DNA of 64,000 bases. Source: Reclinomonas americana ATCC 50394. Lineage: Eukaryota. The translations under genes and the position numbers were made by a program. The stretch covers positions 248,001 to 312,000 of the forward strand of contig PS015009.1 in NCBI GenBank assembly GCA_048213135.1, in the 5' to 3' direction. The notes beneath the pieces are model-generated. The model was not told the origin of the DNA. It worked only from the letters and a program-made list of their open reading frames with translations, and made no database searches. Of the stretch, positions 56,928-64,000 are shown in pieces; position 1 is the stretch's first letter; every line of letters begins with the position of its first letter.

Positions 56928-58196
56928 TTAAACCGCAACTGCCGGCGACTCTTTCTTTACACGGTATTGCTGGATGAAGTAACTGATCACAGGTGACATG
57001 ATAAAATACCCGAGCAGTATCCAGCTTCCTGAGCTGAAAAATGTACTGAGCCGGAACCAATCTCCCGTATATAGTATAATGCCTGCTCCAGCTACGGATT
57101 TCAGCAGATCCCAGTAAACGGCATACTTACTGCCGTCCATCAGTTCGGCGAGCGCATATACAAAAAGGAAAATAAATCCACCGTAAATAAAAATGCCCGG
57201 CTTACCCACCAGGGCGATATTGCCAAACAGGTAACTTACAAAAAGCAACAATAAAATGAGTTGCACCCACAGCCATGCCCCCATGAGGGAGGAAGCCGGC
57301 GTATCGTATTTTTCAAAATTATAGGCATCCTCTATTTTGTATACCGGGTAACGTTGCTCCACATCTGCAGGACGCCAGCCCGTAGGCATGAACCATACCC
57401 GGAATTTATCTTTCCAGTTTTTAGTACGCCAGGCATCTTTAAAAAGTAATCCCATGTGCTGAAAATTAATGCGGATGGGGTTCCAGGTGCGCACTGGTCT
57501 TGTGATCCCGTATACCGCCGGCACTTCCTTTAGCTCTTCCTGGAAAGTGCCGAAAAGCTTATCCCATATAATGAAGATCTGCCCGTAATTCTTATCGATG
57601 TATTCCTTATTCAGCGCATGGTGTACGCGGTGATGCGAAGGTGTAACGATGATCTTTTCGAGGAAACCCATTTTATTGATGTGACGGGTATGGTACCAGA
57701 ACTGGGCGAACAAATGCAGCGGGGCTACAATGGCAATCACCTTTGGATCGATACCCAGCAGGGCCGCGGGCAACAACAGGATAATGAACAGCCGGACAAA
57801 AACGGAAACGCTTTGACGCAAGGCACAGGCCAGGTTAAACTCCTCGCTGCTGTGGTGGATGATATGGCTGTTCCAGAAAAAGTTTATTTTATGGTCCAGC
57901 GCGTGCACGACATAACCAGAAAAATCCAGCACAATAAAAACGATCACATAAGTAAGCCAGGTTGTACCAATATGGGTAAGCGCCACTTTGCTCACCAGCC
58001 ATTCATAACTGATGAGGGCAATGCTGAGGCCAAGCACATCCTTGGTAACATTGGTGACACCCGAACTGAGGCTCGAGATCATATCCAGGTTACGAACGGT
58101 ATCCTGCCCCTTACGCCAGCCGTACCATTTTTCGAAAAGTACCAGCAGCAGAAAAGCGGGCATCGCGATCAGCAAAATCTTCCCGTACTGTTCCAT
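56928..58196 (-). CDS. sterol desaturase/fatty-acid hydroxylase family, alkylglycerol monooxygenase-like
   Basis: His boxes HALDH, HIIHHSSEEFNL, HHRVHH, NYG...IWDKLFGTF; multi-TM. Confidence 0.88.
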   Translation of the reverse strand: MEQYGKILLIAMPAFLLLVLFEKWYGWRKGQDTVRNLDMISSLSSGVTNVTKDVLGLSIALISYEWLVSKVALTHIGTTWLTYVIVFIVLDFSGYVVHALDHKINFFWNSHIIHHSSEEFNLACALRQSVSVFVRLFIILLLPAALLGIDPKVIAIVAPLHLFAQFWYHTRHINKMGFLEKIIVTPSHHRVHHALNKEYIDKNYGQIFIIWDKLFGTFQEELKEVPAVYGITRPVRTWNPIRINFQHMGLLFKDAWRTKNWKDKFRVWFMPTGWRPADVEQRYPVYKIEDAYNFEKYDTPASSLMGAWLWVQLILLLLFVSYLFGNIALVGKPGIFIYGGFIFLFVYALAELMDGSKYAVYWDLLKSVAGAGIILYTGDWFRLSTFFSSGSWILLGYFIMSPVISYFIQQYRVKKESPAVAV

Positions 58197-58343
58197 ATAA
58201 CAAGAAAGTTTAGTTAAGTTGCAATACGAATTTACTAAGAAGAATCGAGAGTTGGAAGTGAGTGCCGAACAGCGAAAAACTGCTGATCAAAAACAACTAT
58301 TTACTAAGGACTGATTACTAAAGACTAATCACTAACAACTTCC

Positions 58344-59345
58344 ATGAAACAAACCTTTGTATGCATTGATGCCCATACCTGTGGCAACCCGGTAAGACTG
58401 GTTAAAGAGGGCGGCCCCCAACTGAAGGGTGCCAATATGAGTGAAAAAAGACAACACTTTTTACAGGAATACGACTGGATCAGGAAAGGCCTGATGTTTG
58501 AGCCCCGCGGGCATGACATGATGAGCGGCAGCATTTTATACCCGCCGCATGACCCGGCCAATGATGTGGGTGTATTGTTCATCGAAACAAGCGGCTGCCT
58601 TCCCATGTGCGGGCACGGCACCATTGGTACCATCACCATTGCTATTGAAAGGGGACTGGTGGTTCCACAAACTCCCGGACTGGTGAGGATGGAAGCGCCT
58701 GCCGGGCTGGTAATGATCAATTATACCACGGAAGGAGAGAAGGTAAAAACGGTGAAACTCACCAATGTGCCTGCCTACCTCGCCGCCACCGAACTGACTG
58801 CCGATTGCCCTGAACTGGGTGAGCTGGTGATAGACGTTGCTTATGGGGGCAACTTTTATGCGATTGTGGATGTGCAGAAAAATTTCAAAGGGCTGGAACA
58901 TTATTCCGCCGGTCAGCTTGTTAGCTGGGCAAGGGAACTCCGGCAGCGCATTAACGATAAATATGAATTCGTTCACCCGGATAATGATACCATCCGTGGT
59001 TGCAGTCATATCCTCTGGACAGGCGCCGTACTCGACAGCAACTCCACCGCACGCAACGCTGTTTTTTACGGCGATAAGGCCATCGACCGGAGCCCCTGCG
59101 GCACGGGTACTTCAGCCCGCATGGCACAGTGGTATACCAAAGGCCTGCTAAAGAAAGGTGATCGTTTCATACACGAGAGCATCATTGGCAGCAAGTTTAC
59201 CGGCACCATTGAAGAAGAAACGACTGTTGGCGGCAAACCCGCCATACGTCCGGGTATTGAAGGGTGGGCCAGGATATACGGCGACAATACCATCACCATC
59301 GACACCAACGACGATCCTTACGCTTTTGGTTTCCAGGTACTTTAA
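58344..59345 (+). CDS. 4-hydroxyproline epimerase (proline racemase family)
   Basis: DAHTCGNP, EPRGH..MSG, MCGHG and DRSPCGTG (both catalytic Cys). Confidence 0.93.
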   Translation: MKQTFVCIDAHTCGNPVRLVKEGGPQLKGANMSEKRQHFLQEYDWIRKGLMFEPRGHDMMSGSILYPPHDPANDVGVLFIETSGCLPMCGHGTIGTITIAIERGLVVPQTPGLVRMEAPAGLVMINYTTEGEKVKTVKLTNVPAYLAATELTADCPELGELVIDVAYGGNFYAIVDVQKNFKGLEHYSAGQLVSWARELRQRINDKYEFVHPDNDTIRGCSHILWTGAVLDSNSTARNAVFYGDKAIDRSPCGTGTSARMAQWYTKGLLKKGDRFIHESIIGSKFTGTIEEETTVGGKPAIRPGIEGWARIYGDNTITIDTNDDPYAFGFQVL

Positions 59346-59355
59346 CTATTCCAAT

Positions 59356-61497
59356 ATGTTCTACTATCGGTCATCATTCTTACTCCTCTTCACCTGTTGC
59401 CAGTTTTTGTGCTGGTCACAACAGCGATATACCAACGCCTCCTTACCGCCTGCAGAAAGAGCGAAAGACCTCATCTCACGGTTAACCATAGACGAAAAAA
59501 TAGCTTTACTCGAATACAATAGCCCGGGTGTACCCAGGCTGAACATTCCCGCTTACAATTGGTGGAATGAAGCCCTGCATGGTGTAGCCCGGGCGGGCAG
59601 GGCCACCGTTTTTCCGCAGGCCATTGCTATGGCTGCCACATTCAATGAAAATCTTATACAAAAAGTAGGCGAAGCCATAGCAGATGAGGCCAGGGCCAAG
59701 TTCAACACGGCTGTCCGTAATAATAACCGGGCGCAGTACCTCGGCCTCACCTTCTGGTCGCCCAATATCAATATTTTCCGTGATCCGCGCTGGGGACGCG
59801 GGCATGAGACCTATGGCGAAGATCCTTTTTTGACTGGCACCATCGGCAGCGCTTTTGTAAAAGGTCTGCAGGGCAATGATCCGCTTCATTATAAAACAGT
59901 AGCCTGTGCCAAACATTTTGCCGTTCACAGCGGCCCCGAGCCCCTCCGCCACGAGTTTGACGCCGTCGTATCCGGCAATGACCTTTACAACACTTACCTG
60001 CCCGCTTTCCGGCAACTGGTAACAGAAGCTAAAGTAGGCGGCCTCATGTGTGCTTATAACCGTATCGACAGTCTCCCCTGCTGTACCAGTCCCTTCCTGC
60101 TGCAGGACATACTGCGCCGGCAATGGAAGTTCGATGGTTACGTGGTAACGGATTGCTGGGCACTGGATGACATCGTTACGTATCATAAATTTCTTCCTTC
60201 GCTGGAAGAAGCAGCTGCACTGGCTGTAAAAGCAGGTGTCAACGTAGAATGCGGTAACACCTGGAAACATTTGAAAGGTGCATTACAAAAGGGACTTGTC
60301 ACCGAAAAAGAGATCGATGCTTCGCTGAGCAGGAATCTTATTATTTTATTCAAACTCGGCTTGTTTGATGTCCCGGCAAAATATCCTTACAGTAAAATCA
60401 GGGAAGATGTGATCAACAGCCCCGCACACCGCATGCTGGCCAGACAAACCGCAACACAATCTATTGTACTGCTGAGCAACAGGAATAACACGCTGCCGCT
60501 TTCCAAAACCATCAAACATGTGCTGGTAACGGGTCCCAACGCCGATGCCCCTGAAATACTGATGGCCAATTACAATGGCAATACCGCTAACAACACCACC
60601 ATACTGGAAGGCATTACCGGCGCTGTAAGTGCCGCTACCATCATCTCTTCCAATAAAGGTTGTGCCCTCACCGATACCAGTAAGACAGATATCTACTGGC
60701 GCATTGACGATGTAGACGCGGTGGTTGCCGTGCTGGGACTCTCTCCTTATCTAGAAGGTGAGAACGGCGACGCTTATTTATCAGAAGCAGGTGGTGATAA
60801 AAAAGATATCCGTTTTCCTTATGCGCAGCTGAAATACCTGCGTCAGCTAAAAGCAAGAACAAAAAAACCGATCATCGTTGTACTCACTGCCGGTTCCGCC
60901 ATTGAACTGGCAGAAGTGGAGCAGCTCGCAGATGCGGTTATACTTGCCTGGTACCCGGGCGAAGAAGGCGGCAACGCGGTGGCCGATGTATTGTTTGGCA
61001 ACAGCAATCCTTCAGGAAGATTACCGGTGACATTTTATAAAAAGAATGAAGACCTGCCTGCTTTTGATAACTATGCCATGCAGGGCCGGACTTACCGGTA
61101 CACAACACTGCCTGTACAACATCCCTTTGGTTTTGGGTTAAGCTATACCACCTTTGATTATTCACCTGTTACTGTTGCAGCTGAAAAAGATAGCTACCGC
61201 ATCAGCCTGAATATAAAGAATACAGGTAAGCGAAGCGGGGATGAAGTGGTGCAACTGTATATCAGCAGAAAAGACCGCAGCAATAAAGAGCCGTTGAAAA
61301 ATTTAAAGAAAATACAAAGGGTCAGCCTTGCCGCGGGGGCTGCACAAAAAATTACATTTGTGATTGAAAAGAAAGACCTCGAGTACTGGGATGAGGGCAA
61401 AAAAGATTATACCATATATCCCGGTGCATATGACCTACAATTGGGCGCTTCTTCTGAAGACATCCGGCAACGGGCAGCGATCATCATAAAAAATTAA
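59356..61497 (+). CDS. GH3 glycoside hydrolase (beta-xylosidase/arabinofuranosidase-like)
   Basis: WWNEALHGVAR, WSPNINIFRDPRWGRG.ETYGEDP, KHF, VVTDC nucleophile, C-terminal FN3-like domain; start set at 59356. Confidence 0.93.
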   Translation: MFYYRSSFLLLFTCCQFLCWSQQRYTNASLPPAERAKDLISRLTIDEKIALLEYNSPGVPRLNIPAYNWWNEALHGVARAGRATVFPQAIAMAATFNENLIQKVGEAIADEARAKFNTAVRNNNRAQYLGLTFWSPNINIFRDPRWGRGHETYGEDPFLTGTIGSAFVKGLQGNDPLHYKTVACAKHFAVHSGPEPLRHEFDAVVSGNDLYNTYLPAFRQLVTEAKVGGLMCAYNRIDSLPCCTSPFLLQDILRRQWKFDGYVVTDCWALDDIVTYHKFLPSLEEAAALAVKAGVNVECGNTWKHLKGALQKGLVTEKEIDASLSRNLIILFKLGLFDVPAKYPYSKIREDVINSPAHRMLARQTATQSIVLLSNRNNTLPLSKTIKHVLVTGPNADAPEILMANYNGNTANNTTILEGITGAVSAATIISSNKGCALTDTSKTDIYWRIDDVDAVVAVLGLSPYLEGENGDAYLSEAGGDKKDIRFPYAQLKYLRQLKARTKKPIIVVLTAGSAIELAEVEQLADAVILAWYPGEEGGNAVADVLFGNSNPSGRLPVTFYKKNEDLPAFDNYAMQGRTYRYTTLPVQHPFGFGLSYTTFDYSPVTVAAEKDSYRISLNIKNTGKRSGDEVVQLYISRKDRSNKEPLKNLKKIQRVSLAAGAAQKITFVIEKKDLEYWDEGKKDYTIYPGAYDLQLGASSEDIRQRAAIIIKN

Positions 61498-61510
61498 ATC
61501 TTATAGTTCC

Positions 61511-62752
61511 ATGCAAGTGACCATCATTGGCGGTGGCGTTATCGGCCTCAGCAGCGCTTATTACTTACAACAGGAAGGATATACGGTTACCGTGATCGAA
61601 CGCGGTGATATTACCGACGGCTGTTCTTTCGGTAATATGGGATATATGTCGCCCAGCCATTTTGTTCCGCTGGCTTCGCCGGGCATCATAGCCGAAGGTG
61701 TTAAATATATGCTCAGCAGCAGCAGCCCGTTCTATATCAAACCCAGGCTGAATATGGACCTGATCCGCTGGGCATGGCATTTCTGGAAAAACAGCAATGC
61801 CAAAACCGCTGCCCGCAACGCCCCACATCTCAACAATATACTGCAACTAAGCCGACACCTGGTCAATGATATGCGTTCTGCGATCGGTGATACTTTTTTG
61901 ATGGAAGAGATCGGTTGCCTGATGATGTGCAAACAGGAAAAAACATTGGAACACGAATTTCACCTGGCAGATGATGCCGAACAATTCGGCCTGAAAGTGG
62001 AACGCCTGCGTAAAGCGGAAGTACAGGCCCTGGAACCCGACGTGGAACTGAATGTGGCAGGCGCAGTATTATTTAAAGATGATTGTCATTTTCACCCGGG
62101 TAAAATGATGACCGCGTTAAAAAATTACCTTACCGAAAAAGGCGTGCAGTTTCAACTCCATACTACCGTAACGGGCTTTGAAAAATCGGCCAACAGGATA
62201 AATGCTGTGATCACCGACAAGGGAAAATTCAACTGCGACAAACTGGTACTGGCCGCGGGAAGCTGGCTGCCTGTACTGTCGAAGATGATGGGCATACACC
62301 TGCTGCTGCAGGCAGGCAAAGGTTACAGCCACACGTATCAAAACGTGGAAAAAAACATACGTTATCCCGCCATACTGGTGGATGGCCGTTGCGCCATCAC
62401 ACCCTGGGGGCATATGCTTCGCATTGGCGGCACTATGGAACTGAGCGGCATCAATAACAAAGTACTGATCAAAAGAATGCAGGGCATTTATGATTCGGCG
62501 AAAGATTTTTATCCCGGCCTGCAAATTGATTTCCCTCCTGCTGATAAGATCTGGAACGGGTTGAGACCGGTTACTCCTGATGGACTGCCTTATATCGGTA
62601 AACACTCCTCACTTGACAACCTGGTGATTGCAGGCGGACATGCCATGCTGGGTATTTCGCAGGGAACGGGTACGGGCAAACTGGTAACGGAGATCATACA
62701 GCGAAATGATACCAGCATTAATATCAGTGCTTTTGGAGTGGAACGGTTTTGA
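61511..62752 (+). CDS. FAD-dependent D-amino-acid dehydrogenase; probable D-hydroxyproline dehydrogenase
   Basis: IIGGGVIG FAD motif, GCSFGN, GLRPVTPDGLP, GGHAMLG. Confidence 0.87.
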   Translation: MQVTIIGGGVIGLSSAYYLQQEGYTVTVIERGDITDGCSFGNMGYMSPSHFVPLASPGIIAEGVKYMLSSSSPFYIKPRLNMDLIRWAWHFWKNSNAKTAARNAPHLNNILQLSRHLVNDMRSAIGDTFLMEEIGCLMMCKQEKTLEHEFHLADDAEQFGLKVERLRKAEVQALEPDVELNVAGAVLFKDDCHFHPGKMMTALKNYLTEKGVQFQLHTTVTGFEKSANRINAVITDKGKFNCDKLVLAAGSWLPVLSKMMGIHLLLQAGKGYSHTYQNVEKNIRYPAILVDGRCAITPWGHMLRIGGTMELSGINNKVLIKRMQGIYDSAKDFYPGLQIDFPPADKIWNGLRPVTPDGLPYIGKHSSLDNLVIAGGHAMLGISQGTGTGKLVTEIIQRNDTSINISAFGVERF

Positions 62753-62759
62753 TGTTGTT

Positions 62760-64000
62760 TCACCACAAAGAACGAGAGAACGCAAAGATTACGCAATGAT
62801 TTTTCTTAAAAAAGAAGGCCCCGGAAAATTCCGGGGCCTTCTTTTTTAATTTTGAATTTTTACTTTTTAATTCTTCCTCACCGTATCCACAGCCGGCTTT
62901 TTTTTTCTTCAGCAGGTTATCGAAAATTCCTTTTACCGCATCTGCGGGTTTGGGTACGGCCGGCTTATTGGTACCGGTGCTGTCTTTTACAGTCGCCGTA
63001 TCTTTCTGTTGTTTTATTTTTTTAGCCAGCTCTTCTTTCGCCTGCTGCAGTAATTTGTCCTTCATATTTTTCACCGTATCGGTCAGCATTTTTTTAGCGC
63101 TGTCGATCTTTGCCTGGGCAAAGTCCTTCACCTGGTCCTTTAACTGGTCGGCGATATTTTGTCCCGTTCTGTTGAGGTCTGCCTTCACAGTAGGATTGGT
63201 AAAACTACCACCGAGTTTCAGCACAAAATTCACGGTCTCCCCTACTTTCAGCGGGATGCCTTTATTGTTCACCGCCTGTGCCAGGTTATCCACCAGCTGG
63301 TTACCCTGCGATCCCATCAGCGCACGGGGCACTTTCATATTGATCACATAATCGAGACTCTGGTCAAAACCCTGCAGGCCACCGATCTCCATGCTGATGT
63401 CTTTTACTTTCAGCGTAAAAGGTTTCACCAGTAATTTGCCATTCGAGAATTCAAAATAGCTCTTTACATCTTTCAGTGAAATATCTTTCAACGCGGCCAC
63501 ATTCAATGTGCTGGCTATTTTATCGAGTGGCGCGAAACGACTTAGGAATCCTTCAATAAGTAACAGATTTCCGCTGCCCGATAGGGTCGACAGGTCGAGG
63601 TTCATACCTTCGCCCAGGCGGCCATTGGCGGAAAGTGATGAAGTCAGTTTACCGGCCAGGAATTTACCGATCGGCATCAGGCTCTGCATCGAATTAAAGG
63701 CGTAAAAAGTTTTGCGGATGTCCACGCCTGTTACATCATATTTTAGCGCCACGGCTGGCGTAACCTTATTTTCTTTAGTACTGTACGATCCGTTGATGAC
63801 CATATTACCATCCAGTGCATTGCCTTTCACATTGGTGAAAACAATGCCCTGGTCGGCCAGTTTGAGGTTTCCTTCCAGGTTACGGATGTCCAATTGATCA
63901 TACAACAACTGGCCCACTTTCGCATCCAGCGACACCTGCAGGTTGGCCGGCACTACAAAGGGAGCACTTCCGGAAGTGGCGCTTACGCCACCCGAAGGTG
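62760..64000 (-). CDS. C-terminal part of an AsmA-like protein (5' end outside window; true stop probably at 62867)
   Basis: F.VPANL, beta-taco-like repeats, G.QGFDQSLDY, LGGSFTNP.V typical of AsmA-like C-termini. As sequenced it reads through the terminator. Confidence 0.8.
   Translation of the reverse strand, partial: PSGGVSATSGSAPFVVPANLQVSLDAKVGQLLYDQLDIRNLEGNLKLADQGIVFTNVKGNALDGNMVINGSYSTKENKVTPAVALKYDVTGVDIRKTFYAFNSMQSLMPIGKFLAGKLTSSLSANGRLGEGMNLDLSTLSGSGNLLLIEGFLSRFAPLDKIASTLNVAALKDISLKDVKSYFEFSNGKLLVKPFTLKVKDISMEIGGLQGFDQSLDYVINMKVPRALMGSQGNQLVDNLAQAVNNKGIPLKVGETVNFVLKLGGSFTNPTVKADLNRTGQNIADQLKDQVKDFAQAKIDSAKKMLTDTVKNMKDKLLQQAKEELAKKIKQQKDTATVKDSTGTNKPAVPKPADAVKGIFDNLLKKKKAGCGYGEEELKSKNSKLKKKAPEFSGAFFFKKNHCVIFAFSRSLW
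62811..62847. terminator. bidirectional terminator
   Basis: AAAGAAGGCCCCGGAA-aa-TTCCGGGGCCTTCTTTTTT. Confidence 0.85.

Overview
64 kb of a Bacteroidota chromosome. The 16S/23S sequence, TTTG-N~20-TAnnTTTG promoters and T9SS cargo genes support this phylum, and a Chitinophagaceae-like placement is my inference. Housekeeping content: ffh, sucA, rpsT, rpsF-rpsR-rplI, thrABC, a complete minus-strand rRNA operon (16S-tRNA-Ile-tRNA-Ala-23S-5S) behind three tandem promoters, truA, lemA-lemA-TPM-TPM, gap-pgk and tRNA-Glu. Accessory content: two T9SS-secreted proteins, a run of small co-oriented genes (11-16 kb), an AraC gene divergent from two paralogous secreted proteins, a lipoprotein tyrosinase with a plant-PPO-like tail, and a complete 4-hydroxyproline catabolic pathway interleaved with a DUF885 peptidase, a GH3 glycosidase and an antisense AGMO-like gene. 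Signals not in the ORF track: a 30-aa Thr8 leader peptide for thrABC, an SD-like site before rpsR, a REP-interrupted copy of the 5S 3' end, a BIME-like palindrome cluster after tRNA-Glu, a Flavo-1-like element, many 7/8-mer tandem arrays and a probable A9 frameshift in the AsmA-like gene. No CRISPR, transposase, integrase or prophage was seen. All family calls come from motif recognition by eye, and no database search was run.
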